Shown here in pieces: positions 1 to 12,163 of a stretch of DNA of 64,000 nucleotides. Positions within the stretch are counted from its first letter, which is position 1. Every line of letters starts with the position of its first letter. The stretch is taken from assembly GCF_036321535.1 (NCBI RefSeq), contig NC_087437.1, forward strand, positions 94,180,001 to 94,244,000, read 5' to 3'. Origin of the DNA: Camelus dromedarius. Its lineage: Eukaryota. Both the position numbers and the translations under genes were made by a program. The notes under the pieces were generated by a model. The model was not told the origin of the DNA and made no database searches. It was given only the letters and a program-made list of their open reading frames with translations.

Positions 1-108
1 ACTATTGTGCTATACACTAGGAATTGACACAACATTGTAAACTGACTATATTTCAATAAATATATATATATATATGAAAATTTTTTAATAAAATAAATAA
101 AAAACAAA
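1..108 (+). mobile_element. L1 3' UTR terminus with A-rich tail, cut by the window edge
   Basis: tgtgctatacactaggaattgacacaacattgtaaactgactatatttcaataaa plus A-rich tail; the same terminus recurs at about 1650, 12105 and 59195. Confidence 0.85.
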
Positions 109-1282
109 AGTGTGACCTGGCAATTCTTAGATTGTAATTAGTTCTAACAATAAAATTTTGAATGCCGATCAAATTTCAGTTAATATTTTTGTGGAGCTAT
201 AGTAAATTAAGTGGTCAAATGCATAAGACTTGTCTGACATACTTACCTCTTATGGCTTTTAAAGTTTATTTTCTCTTTTTTAAAAATATCTTTGCCATAA
301 TTCAAATATTCATTATGAATTTTCTAGCTCTGAATCTGTATTTTCTTATCTTCTTTTTTTCCCACCTTCCATTGTATTTATCACTTTAAGAGGATCTGGA
401 CTTTTCCTTCCTCTCAGCACGGGCCCCATTTTTTTTTTTTCCATGATACCATCTGCCTAATAGGCTTTGCTCTTTGAAATTGCCATTGTAAACTCATCTG
501 TACATCCCCAGAGACCATGACCCACATTTTCTCATCATTAATGAAAATCCTTCTCATTTGAAGCAGATTTTAGCAACAAGTTTTTCTGCATGCTCTTTTA
601 AAATTTACACACAGAACAGCTCATTTTCTAGCCCTCTGGCATTAACATATTGAGCTCACAGGATTTTGTTCCCCTACCCAATGCACACTTGTAGCTCTCT
701 GTAGGATTAAAAGATTAGTGTGTATTAGCATAAACTATGAGAAAACAAGGTGTTTTGGTATGAGTGGATATTAATAAAATAAAAAGTTGTTAATCTCATG
801 ATTGCATCAGTATTTTATAAAAGAAATATATTGTGTCTTCAAGAAAATAATTCTTTAAAAACATATAATAACTGAATTAGAGTAATGCCACTTATTTTAG
901 ATAGGAAAGGAAGGAAATTGCATTTTGGCACTGAAGTCTGATCTATTGATAATTTGCACTGGCATACACTTAGAGTATGAAGGATTCCTCTTTGAGATGA
1001 AGCAGGGCACTTTGCATCCATAAATCATTCTGCATTGCATTTAGAATTGAGACTCCAAGTTTTGCAATAATCAACAAATCTTTCTTAAGCCCCAGTTCCC
1101 TTTATCTGAAATTCTAATACATGTGGATTTATTTTATGTAACTTTTCCACATTTTGTGCTCTGAGACAGTCTAACATTTGGAGGGATGATTGAGAAATGA
1201 TTGGAGTCGGAGTAAAACTCCATGTGTAACCCTTAAACTTTTGTTCTGATCAAAAGCAATATTAAAAATACTATACTGTTTT

Positions 1283-1700
1283 TTGTAGCAACATGGATGG
1301 ACCTGGAGATTGTCATACTAAGTGAAGTAAGGCAGAAAGAGAAAGAAAAATACCATATAACATCACTTATATTAGGAATCTAAAAAAAAAAGACACAAAT
1401 GAACTTACTTACAAAATGGAAACAGATTCATTGACATAGAAAACAAACTTACAGTTACCAAGGAGAAAAGAGGGGTGAAGGGATAAATTGGGAGTTTGAG
1501 ATTTGCAGATACTAACTACTATTTATAAAATAGATAAACAAGAAGATCTTACAGTATGGCAAAGAGAACTATATTCAATATCTTATAATAGACTATAATG
1601 AAAAAGAATATAAAAAGGAATATATATATGTGTAAGTAAATCACTATTCTGTACACCAGAAATTAACGCATTGCAGACCAACTATACTTCAACAAAAAGT
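1283..1700 (+). mobile_element. 5'-truncated L1 (ORF2 C-terminus plus 3' UTR)
   Basis: gcaacatggatggacctggagattgtcatactaagtgaagtaag (ATWMDLEIVILSEV); degenerate TSD aaaaatactatactgtttt (1264-1282) vs aagagtactggactatttt (1701-1719). Confidence 0.9.
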
Positions 1701-1729
1701 AAGAGTACTGGACTATTTTGATGAAAAGA

Positions 1730-1860
1730 TGAAAAGAGACAGGGATTTTAATTCTGGTTCTGGTAATGATGGTAACCTTAGTTTCTCAAAATCTTAATTG
1801 GCTCTTATGTAGAATGAGGGGAGTATACAGGATAATTTTGAAGACACTTTACAACTCTTT
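1730..1860 (+). mobile_element. Degenerate MIR fragment
   Basis: Weak resemblance to MIR core (tttaattctggttctg...tgtagaatgaggg...aagacactttacaactct). Confidence 0.35.
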
Positions 1861-2224
1861 AAAAAAATCAATCTATTATGTTATATAAAATTACACTGTG
1901 GTATATAATGTATTATTTAAAAAAAAAGAGTTCAAGGTAAGAAGGTATAGATTTAGAAGTCTATAATTTTATTAAATTTACTTCTGAAATTAGTAGAGCT
2001 CTGTTTAAAACTCTCTTTGATGATTCTGATAACTAATTTTTTCAAATTGACCATTGTAATATCAGAAAATGTGAATATATAATTCTCACTTGGCAAAACA
2101 CAACAATGGAGGTCTCATTCCATGGTAAATATGGTGATTTCTTACACCCTTACTTAATGGCATGGAAATTTTGAATAATACCAAATGCAGTACTCTTTAT
2201 GCACATAATTTTATTTCTAGTCTC

Positions 2225-2483
2225 AGCCAGGCCACTGCAATGATTTCCCATTCAAGGTGTCTACATTTGGCAGAAGTGGCCCAGGTCTCTTGCCCTCATG
2301 CTGCTCACTAGTTCACTGAGAACATCCAGGAGAAAGTGTGGAAGGACCTAGGACCTAGGGAGTCCTGAATACTTCAGTGAGACCAGAAGATGCAGCAGGT
2401 GGGAGCTGCCAGCTAACTCAACCTGCCCCAGCTGGTACTCTCTTGCTAGGAGGCCTGAGTGGCACACCTCCATGGCTGCCACA
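2225..2483 (-). mobile_element. ERVL LTR16-like solo LTR fragment
   Basis: gggagctgccagctaac...ggcacacctccatggctgccaca is the reverse complement of an LTR16-type 5' end (tgtggcagcc). Confidence 0.55.
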
Positions 2484-2750
2484 ATTAGAATAATTTACAT
2501 CTCTACAGTTTTACCTGCTCTGCTAATTGTACTCAATGCATATGAAATATTTGGCTGTCAGGAAAAAGAATGAAAACACTGAAAGGGACAAAAATAAATT
2601 CTTCCTTTTTACATTCAAAACAGACAATTCTTTGGAAAAGAATCTTGTCATGGGCAGTTTCCTGTCAAGTAAATATCTACTAATGTTTGGTAAGACAGAG
2701 TGACTGACTGTTTTCTTTATAAATTAAGGAAATTGATTTGGAGGTAGAAA

Positions 2751-2860
2751 CTTTATTGAGCATGGACTATGCCAATCTAATTAACAGTTTACATAAATTA
2801 TTTCATTTAGTCTTCACAATAACCCTGTGACATTTCAGTTCTGCAAATGAAAATCTGAAA
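2751..2860 (-). mobile_element. MIR fragment
   Basis: tttattgagcat...ttatttcatttagtcttcacaataaccctgtga...tgcaaatgaaaatctgaaa. Confidence 0.55.
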
Positions 2861-4534
2861 ACTTTTGGTAGGAAAAAACATGGACAAATTAAACTGCAAA
2901 CATATTGATGCATACTTGTAGACAGCCTCCAAAGAAATGTTATGTCTGATTGGAGGCCTTGAATTTACTAAGGATTGCCTTTCATTAGGATAAAATGGTT
3001 TCATGTCAGTCTAGCCATAGAAATTGGGAAGTTTTGACAAACTGTTCTATAATCAAGTGCAAGTCTTGGATAGTGACATATATAAATATGCATGGGAAAT
3101 TAACCTTGAAAGAGTTTATTCTAAAATTACTTTACGTAATGTCTGTTGGGCCCATCATCATTACTGCCTAGCAGAACACAAGTAAATATGTATTCCTTGG
3201 AGACGTAACAGTGCAGGTGAGGTACAAACACTGGCCAAAAGGTCAGCAACCGCATGTGAAGACACATAAGTTAAGAATATGTGAAACTGAAAAGAAACTA
3301 AAGAGATGAAACTGATAAAAGAGTCAGGGTGATTGAAAAACACAGATGAACCACAAGAGAAAGAAAATTAAACATTAAAATTGAAAACTGGAAACTGATA
3401 AAAATCCAAGTTCCTTCTGACTCTTATTACCATGTTGAACACAATAAAAAGCTAGTTAACAATCACTATTCTTTTGCTTTTGAGATTTATAGTTTTGTCT
3501 CCAACCAAATGTACCTTTACCTGAAATTTTAAGTTGCTCTATCCCAGACAGCTAAATCATGAATAAAGCATATTTCGCCATGAACATGGGACATATTTAT
3601 TAGTTTCACTGTTTTTCATTTCAAAATTTCAGGGTCATTGATCAAAGCCTAATTTACTTGTGATTAAAGTATATTATCTATTGAGTCAAAACATAAAATA
3701 TATTAAGATATATTTAGTAATAATGTTGCTATTCATATGCACTATATTAATTTGCATTAAAATGTAACACCTATAACATCTATAGGTATGACAACATATG
3801 TCAAAATACAAGAATAATATAACCATTATTATAAACAAAGATATCTGAAATAATGGTAATAAAGAAATATGTTATAATTGAGAATCAACCTCTTAAAATA
3901 CCAAATCAAAATTAATCTAGTTAATTAATTAATTAATCAAAATGAATTAATCAATATTATTTTTAAAAACAATTCTTTTATAATTGTAATTTTATAATTA
4001 TAGTTAAAATAGATTTAAATAAGATAAATGGTATTGACTTTAAAATATTTATGCTTATTATATAGTTACTGGCATTTAACATTAAATATTATCATGCTTC
4101 TTTAATAATATAATTCAGATAATTTTTTTAGAATTTTATTCACACAATTTTAATTTATCAGCAGATGCATAACTTAATCTGTGTGCCAAAAATTAATCTC
4201 TGACATTTGCTGAGGATTTAATCGCATACAATAAAAAATATTAAAATAAATAACATTATGTGTTCATTCTATTCTGACTTAAAGAGCAGTTCTTCAAAAG
4301 GATAGGCTCCTCTAAATGCTTTTTATTAAAGACTCTTGTAGAAATAATTAAAAGAACCTAAATATTAATTATACTTTAATCTATATTTTCTCCTATGATT
4401 TCAGTACTATGATCTCTTATTTACTTTATTGAGCATATTTCCAATCTTCTCCATCGGATTCTCTAAGCACAGTGAAGCTAAACACAATGCTGTGTAAATG
4501 TCAATTTCTTAATATCAAATAGAGTTACATGGAG

Positions 4535-4770
4535 ACAGCAGAGTGCACTTAGAAAGAAGGGCTAGGCCCACCTTGCTCAAATCTGACTAGGCTGCCATTT
4601 CTGGAAAAGCCGTTTAGCCTATCTGCATTCCAACTTATTTACCTGAAAAGTGAGAAAATATGGAATCTCTATCATATCATTGATTGGAAAACCAAATTTC
4701 AGAATATACAAAAAAAATACCTACAGAGCATTACATGTGGCAAGTGTACGGTAAATTCTGATTGTTATTT
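4535..4770 (+). mobile_element. Degenerate MIR
   Basis: ttagcctatctgcattccaacttatttacctgaaaagtgagaaaata resembles the MIR core; MIR-like 3' end. Confidence 0.45.
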
Positions 4771-6726
4771 ATGACTGGTCGCATACTCAGTGAGTACTGG
4801 CCAATAAAGCAGAAGCCATAAGATGGAATATTATTTAGAATGAAAAGTTATACTTTCTACCACTGATTATTTTAAATCCTATTATGCTTAAAAACTCAAT
4901 TCAAGTCTGAGAAGAAAATAGCGGATCTATTTTTGTTAAGCCATTAATTATACTTTGCCATGAACTCAGATGAAATTCTGTCTTCAGTTCTAGATAAAGC
5001 ACCATTGTTTATATAACAGAAAAAGTGTCAAAATAATTCTTCCATCATGACGAAACTATTTTTTTAATTTTCAGAAAACAATGACCTAGAATAAATTAGA
5101 CAATTTTGAAAAAAATGACTATCACAATTGTTGGAGCTTTTAATTGTCCTCTAATAGATTCCTTAATCTTTTATTATCCTTCATTCTCCTCAACAGCTAT
5201 ATAAGCTTAATATATAAAGAACTTTATTTGCTCCAAGACTTCGTTTTCAGTTTGTCAGCAGCATTTTCCTCATGCTAGGTTGAAAGATGTAAATTTAAAA
5301 TAATTTTTTTACTCCCAAGGTCACATTGATGATATACATATCAAACATGGATTAGAATACGAAGATTTTATCTAATATATTACTTTTATTCCAAGTTGGC
5401 TGAATTAGAGAATCCTACTTTTTGATTCTTATTTTCAATAGGTATACACAGAAGGTTTATTTATCTAGTAAACAAATTCATTCATCTCAAAACGATTTCC
5501 AGAAATCTATTACCTTACAATCTTTCCCCACAATAGTGCTTACTTACAAACTTGAAAGGGAGGAAAAAAACCCCAAAAAACAGGAAGATAGGCTGTTCAT
5601 CCGAACAAGATTTTTTAAAAATTCATTTCTATGGTAATAGAAAGCCATGGGATGTATTTCTAACTTCTTTTTATAAAAATAGTAAAAAAATATCTTTTGG
5701 AAATAGTAAGAACAATACAGAAGGATGTAATATGAGAAGATCCCTTTCCTCAATTTATGTAATATGTGTAGAGAGTTTCACTAAAAGCAAAATATTAGTA
5801 TTTTAGGATGTGCTGGTTAATATAGTAGAGAAATATGCATAATAATAATACTGCTACAGCATTTATCTGAAAAAATACTCATAGGTAACTCCAAAGATGA
5901 AAATAATAATGTAAATCATCATATTTTGCCTTGGAAATTTTTTTCAATGACAGCAATTTCTTTCTAGCTCTGTTATTCTTAATGAGAATTTAAAGGCAAC
6001 ATGTCTGGAAACCAATTTCACTGCCATTATTGTGGGATGAAGGATAACCGAGTCTCTGTAAAACCACAAAGCTGTAGTGTAGACATCTTTTTAATTTCTG
6101 GTGAATGAAATGAAGCACTCAGTATGTTGCATAAATTAATTGGTACCCATTATAATCCACAGAATTCCAATGAAACCACAACGACCATCTTGTAATTATG
6201 TTAGCAGCACTTTTCCTCATGCAAAAATGTCATAGAAAATGAATGAAGTTAGTATTTACCTTATGAACAACAGTTTCATAATTCATATGGTGAGTTAAAC
6301 CACTAATGGCAAATCAAAAATGATATAACAGCAATGATAATGACATGTAATTCACATATAATTCAGAAAAATATCGCTGTGGATTAATAAAGTACACTCA
6401 ACATAGAAAACAGGTAACAGATCCCAAATAAATTCTTCATATGAAAGGATGCTGCTGTTTTCTTGAGACATTATGTATTATATTTAGAAATTTATACAGA
6501 CAAGTAATCACAATTTCATATCCAAGAACAGGGTCTGGAATGTAAAGTTCAATTTTCTAAATATAAAGTTGTATATGTTGCTACCTTCAATGCTAATTTT
6601 GACTTCATTGGCAGCATGTTTTCTTTTTCAATTTTATAAAAAATATACTTTTTATGTCTTTAAAAAATGTTAAAATTAAATATTTTTAGAGTATGTCCCT
6701 TGTTTTAGAAGTTGATGTTAGTTTTT

Positions 6727-6853
6727 TATTTTATTTTCCTATAATTGACTTATTTATTTATTTAATCTTTTAATGGAGGTACTGGAGATTAAACCCAGGA
6801 CCTCGTGCATACTAAGCATGTGCTCTACCACCAAGATATATACCCCTCCCACA
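6727..6853 (-). mobile_element. tRNA-derived SINE, camelid Vic-1-like
   Basis: Reverse complement gggaggggtatatatcttggtggtagagcacatgcttagtatgcacgaggtcctgggtttaatctccagtacctcc has A/B boxes and an A-rich tail; TSD agaagttgatgttagttttt (6707-6726) vs agaagttgaagctagttttt (6854-6873). Confidence 0.9.
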
Positions 6854-6965
6854 AGAAGTTGAAGCTAGTTTTTTACACATGCTCTGTGGGCGCTCAGCAA
6901 ATAGTCATCATGATCATATTATATCTAATTATTTAAAATAGAAAACAAAAATTGATTTCCAACAC

Positions 6966-7038
6966 ATCTTTATCAAATATATTTCACTTTAAATTATCTT
7001 TATCAAATATATGTTAAAAATATCTTTATCAAATATAT
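6966..7038. repeat. Three copies of 17-bp ATCTTTATCAAATATAT with short AT-rich spacers
   Basis: Exact copies start at 6966, 6996 and 7022. Confidence 0.85.
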
Positions 7039-7134
7039 TCTTAATGTAAACAGCATTATATAAATAATATAAAAAAATCTTAATACAAAACAATAAATAA
7101 TATTAAAAAGACAAAAAATTCTAAAATAGCAAAA

Positions 7135-7220
7135 ACACACACATACACAACATAGATACATACACACAAACATACATGCAAACATACATACCCACACACA
7201 TACATACACATACACACATA
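7135..7220. repeat. Imperfect (CA/TA)n microsatellite
   Basis: Directly visible. Confidence 0.9.
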
Positions 7221-9234
7221 TAACATTTATCTTCAGGGCATGTTTACATGGTTGAATGTAATTCATACCAGAAAGTAAATCTAACTTTCTCACTGGATAT
7301 TCTTCTCAAGGTCATTGTGCTGAATGTTCTTGGCAGATTACTCTTTAGTAAGTCTCTACCAAGTTTCATCAGAATTTGGTCCACATCAGCAAAGATGATA
7401 GAAGTTTTTATCTTGAGGGACAGCCAACTCTGATTAATTGGTAGTATCTGCCACATTGTTAGGTTGAGAACAATCTGATGTAGTATACAGGCTTAGCAAG
7501 AAAGGTCTTTAAGAATGGTGAAGGGGAGCCTATATGCTATTCTTTGTCTATTCCTCTGTCCTATACAATGGAAGATTTAGACTTGAAGAGTTATCTTAGA
7601 AAACCAACTACATTATTCATGGCCAGATACCAAGAAAAAATTATTCCTCCATCTTCTGCACACTCATAGAATTTTACACACATTGTAGACCAACTATATA
7701 GAACTTATCACAACTTTTCATTATTTTAAAAGTTTATTTCTTAGTAGAGTTTGAGCTTCTCTATGGCATTATTTCTACATCATAATACTCAATAAATGTT
7801 CATTTCATAAATAAATAGGCAAAAAGGTGGTGTCATTCAGAGGTTTGGACATTAATATTTTCTTTGTGGAAGCAACCCAACAGCAACTCTTGAAGATGTA
7901 ATTCAGCCCTAAGGCTAAATACATGATCCATGTGTTAAATCAAATTGGCATGATGTATATTTTCTATCCTAATGGATTGTATAATTTAATTCATCAGAAA
8001 AGATCTCTTGTCTGCCAAAGGCAGCTCTTTCATTTAACCTTATCACATGGCTTGGAAAGAACTTTGTTTCCTGAATGAGTTCAGCTTGATTTCTCCTGAA
8101 TGTAGCCAAATTGGAGAGAATGTCAGAGACGCAGGAAGGAAGAGAAGAATATAACCACCATGAGCCTCTGAAGAATAGTTATTACTTCAGAGAAAGGCTA
8201 TTGAGCACTAGGTACCATTGGAAAAGAGCCTTGTAATGCCCCATAAAATGAAAAGCAGTGGCACAGAACCCTGGAATCAATATAATCAATCAAATTTCCT
8301 AAATTTCAGAAATACCTGCTTTAACAGAGGATGTGCCGAGTACCCTTCATTGGCAGCCTTTGACTGTAAAACGTATTATGTAAAAACTGTAAAACATACA
8401 ACATATTATGAGCTCCTTTGTGTGCCATCAACTCAAGACACTGAAGATTCTAAGAAAAATAATACAGAAAATCTTCCCTGGAGGCTATTGATTTACCTTG
8501 CCAGGTTGTTACGGAGAACATTGCAAGTATGGGTTTACATTGTCAAAGTACAGCATCCAGTTGAAATAATGAAATATATCTGGCATCACTGAATAACACA
8601 CTGTTTAGAAGTTAGACAGCAAAATACTTCTCTATACTGAAAATGCTGCAAATACTTTTAAAAGCAAACATTTAATTCTGTTTTTTAAGAGGGGAAAAAA
8701 ATCTATTGAAGGTCATGGAATTTTCCTCAGTACCTTCTACTTAATATTAATAATAAAAATGACACATCAAAAACACTGTCCCCTTATTTTCTCATTAAAA
8801 ATGAGTATATATTTTGTGCCAAGATCTGGGATATAAAAATGAAAATATTATATTCTGTGCCCTTGATATACCCAGATGTTTTTGATTTTTCTGATATATT
8901 CAAAAATGTAAGCAAGTAGAATGCTTGTTTCACGCTGAGGTGTGCAAAGAAAGCCTAGCTGAAAAGTAGAGGAACTGGAATGAGAATGGAAAAAGCAATC
9001 CCAGTAGAGAGGATAGCACGTGTAAACAGTACTTTCATCATGGCACGCTGGCAAGTAATAGTTTTCTATGGAAGAAACATAGATTATTTGTATGGATGGG
9101 GTTAGAGATGTGACCTTTCTGCTTCTTATAGTACCCTAGACTAAAATAACTATATGAACCCCTTAAGTTTCAAATCATAGCAATGTAGCCTAAAGAAGAA
9201 AAAACAATTTAAAAAAACCATTTTATTTAGCCCA

Positions 9235-9853
9235 CATTTTGTCAATCTGTCAATACTGATGCTATCAGATAGAAATGCCTGCGGGCACTCACCCGGGCCC
9301 CTCTGCTTGTAGCGGTCCCCACAGACATTTCCCCACTGGTGCCAATGTGGCTGGACCAGCCCCTGTGATTCTGATTCTCATTACAAGACTCATCTCAGCA
9401 ATTACCATCAGAGAACTTAAAAAAAAAAAAAAAAAACTAGTTTATTACTCACAGGCCCTGGAGGATACACACAGCACATGGGGCCACAGAGTGAGGTCGC
9501 TGGGAGAGGAGAAAGAGAGGGTGCAGAGGTGGACCTTGGTCTCTACCTTTATTGGGGTCAATGGTGGGGTGCATAGGGTTTCAAGGCTTCATTCTTTATT
9601 GGCAAATTTAAAACATAAGAGTGAGAATTAGGAAACAGGAAGAGAAAGGCAGGGCCACTCAGGCATCATATACCTGGATCCACCAGGCTTTTCTGAAAGG
9701 AGACTTTCATGGATGGGAGCAGAACCTGGGCCTTACCCAGTTGTTTTGCTAGTAACTTGAGTCCTAAAGCTGACCCTTTGTTTGTTTGAGATGGATGTCT
9801 TTGAAATAGATGCTTTGGCAATCAAAAGCTTAGTGTCATGCACTTACACTACA
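9235..9853 (-). mobile_element. ERVL-class solo LTR (MER54/MER73/MER74-like; subfamily uncertain)
   Basis: Minus strand begins TGTAGTGTAAG; tttatt poly(A) signal then actcacaggccctggagg...gggccacagagtgaggtc; 5-bp direct repeat gccca at 9230-9234 and 9854-9858. Confidence 0.65.
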
Positions 9854-9942
9854 GCCCATTATGTGCACAGTATTATTATTGCAATGTGTAATCAATATAA
9901 AAATTACTGAGACGCTTTCCTTTTTTTCCTTGCTTAAGCATT

Positions 9943-10570
9943 TGATATAGAAAACAAGGGTAGCCATCAGTTAGATCCATTAAACTATAACTTACTTTAT
10001 AAGTAATGACTGTAACCCATCTTCACTGATACAACTCACTTTGTTTTTACAAAAACTTGTATGTCCTCCAAGCGTCAAGTAGCCTAAACAATAAGGGGTT
10101 TGCCCAGGTTGTTTCCCAGGAACCTGGAGTTAACTGTGTCCGGTTCAAGCTCCAGCTGTAAGAGCGGTTGGGACCACTGACCATCCAATTGGGCACATGC
10201 AAATGTCCGATTGGTGACTTTTTGCCATCAGGGGGCCCAAAACTCCACCCTCAGGTGGAGGCTGACATTTTCTGAACATGTGACCCATGAAGAAGCCTGT
10301 AGCTTAGCTGCACCTGCACAGAGGGACTATTACCGCACCTTTTTCTTATCTCCAGCCACATTTCCCCAGGCTTTCTATACCTCATACAGCCCTATTTCTT
10401 TATCTCATAAATATCCCAAGTCCCTCGTGCTTTTGGGGAGGCGGATTTGAGACTTGTTCCACCATTCCCTGCCTTGGCTGTCTTGCGAATAAACTTTGCT
10501 CTGCTGCAAACCTTGGCATCTCAGGAGTTAGCTTGCTGTGCATGGGGGAAATGAACTTGGTTCAGGAACA
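9943..10570 (+). mobile_element. ERV1-class solo LTR (MER4 group; MER67/MER90-like)
   Basis: TG...CA termini, cataaata TATA-like box at about 10406, aataaa at about 10488, ggggaggcggatttgagac motif, ends ttggttcaggaaca. Confidence 0.7.
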
Positions 10571-11174
10571 ATATTAGGTGTGTATTTTGTGCTTATAGTA
10601 AGTACATCTTGATCCAAACTAACAATACTTAAAGCAATCAGTACACATTTGGCTAGTAACTCCTGCACTGGATAGAAGAGTTTTAGAGCACCAGTTCTTA
10701 ATATGTTTGCTTTGTTTTGTTTTTCCTATGAACTCCATGTTAGTCTTGCAAAACCAGGATTGTGTTTTAGTAAATTTGTTATTTATATTTTAAACATTTA
10801 TTACAGAAACTGGCAAACCATTTTGAAGCAGGTAAAACTGGACTGAGGTGAAGGAACAATGTGAGATTGTTGAGAGTTGATGGGCCAATGGAAGGTGAGA
10901 AAGTAGAAAATGTGTTTGCAAGCTATGTAGACTAGCTGTTACTATAAGAAATTGCAATCATGGGTGTATTTTCTATTTTGCATAATATGCTATATTAGTT
11001 TTCTGTTGCTGCTGTAACATATTACTGCAAATTTAGTGGCTTACAACAACAAAAATGTATTATCTAAGTTCTGGAGGTCAGAATTCTGAAATGAGTTTTA
11101 ATGGGACAAAACCATGTTGTTGATCAGGTCATGCTCCCTCTAGAGGCTTTCAAAAAGTACTTGATTCCTACCTT

Positions 11175-11312
11175 TGAGTGTTACGTTGGCTGTGGGTTTG
11201 TTATAAACAGTTTTTATTATGTTGAAGTATGTTCTCTCTTTACCCACTTTGGTAAGAGTTTTTTATCATGAATGCATGTTGAATTTTATCAAATATTTTT
11301 TCTGCATCTATT
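11175..11312 (-). mobile_element. Inverted L1 ORF2 reverse-transcriptase segment (5' inversion)
   Basis: Reverse complement translates IDAEKIFDKIQHAFMIK / TLTKVGKERTYFNIIKTVYNKPTANVT with one frameshift. Confidence 0.9.
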
Positions 11313-12163
11313 AAAAAGATGCTCAATATCACTAATTATCAGAGGAATGAAGATCAAAACTACAAAAGGTATCACTTCACACCAGTCAGAATGACCATCC
11401 TTAAAAAGCCCACAAACAATAAATGCTGGAGAGGGTGTGGAGAAAAGGGAATCCTCCTACACTGTTGATGGGAATGTATTTTAGTGCAACCACTATGGAA
11501 AACAGTATGAAGATTCTTTAAACAAAAACAGATTTATCATATGATCCAGCAATCCCACTCCTGGGCGTAAAGCCGGAGGAAACTCTAATCCAAAAGCATG
11601 CACCCCAATGTTCATAGCATCACTGTATACAATAGCCAAGATGTGGAAACAACCTAAATGTCCATTGACAGATGAGTGGATAAAGAAGATGTAGTATACA
11701 TACATACATAATAAAATATTACTCAGCCATAAAAAAGAATGAAATAATGCCATTTGCAGCAACATGGATGTACCTAAAGATTATCATACTAAGTGAAGTA
11801 AGACAGAAAGAGAAAGACAAATACCACATTATATCACTTATATATGGACTCTTAAAATATGACAGAAATCTACAAAGCAGAAACAGATTCACAGACATAG
11901 AAAACAAACTTATGGTTATGTGGGGAGGGGAAGTGGGGAGGGCTAAATTGGGAGTTCAGGGTTTGCAGATACCAACTACTACCTATAAAATAGATAAACA
12001 ACAAGGTCTTACTGTATAGCTCAAGAAACTATTCAATTTCTTGTAATAACCTACAATGGAAAAGAATATGAACAGCAAAATATATATGTATAACTCAATC
12101 ACTATGCTGTACACCAGAAACTAATGCAACATTGTAAATTGACCATACTTCAATTTAAAAAAA
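11313..12163 (+). mobile_element. L1 ORF2 C-terminal region plus 3' UTR
   Basis: ORF 11747-12019 begins MPFAATWMYLKIIILSEVRQKEKDKYHIISLIYG (L1 ORF2p C-terminus); upstream aaatgctggagagggtgtggagaaaaggga; typical 3' end. Confidence 0.95.

Larger units (their letters stand above)
9140..10680. mobile_element. MER33-like hAT-Charlie non-autonomous DNA transposon, split into three pieces by two LTRs
   Basis: Collinear pieces ttttatttagccca (9221-9234), tgtgtaatcaatataaaaattactgaga (about 9885-9912) and ggtgtgtattttgtgcttata...cacatttggctagtaactcctgcactggatag (10577-10674). Confidence 0.65.

Noticed and set aside
6775..6853. tRNA gene
   Set aside because: The tRNA-like head has an A-rich tail and TSDs, so it is a SINE; the same applies to 16030-16083
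6966..7038. CRISPR-like repeat-spacer array
   Set aside because: Mammalian context, only three AT-rich 17-mers, spacers of 9-13 bp, no cas genes
11493..12019. ORFs MLLQMALFHSFLWL... and MPFAATWM... as genes
   Set aside because: Antisense and sense readings of the decayed L1 ORF2 end
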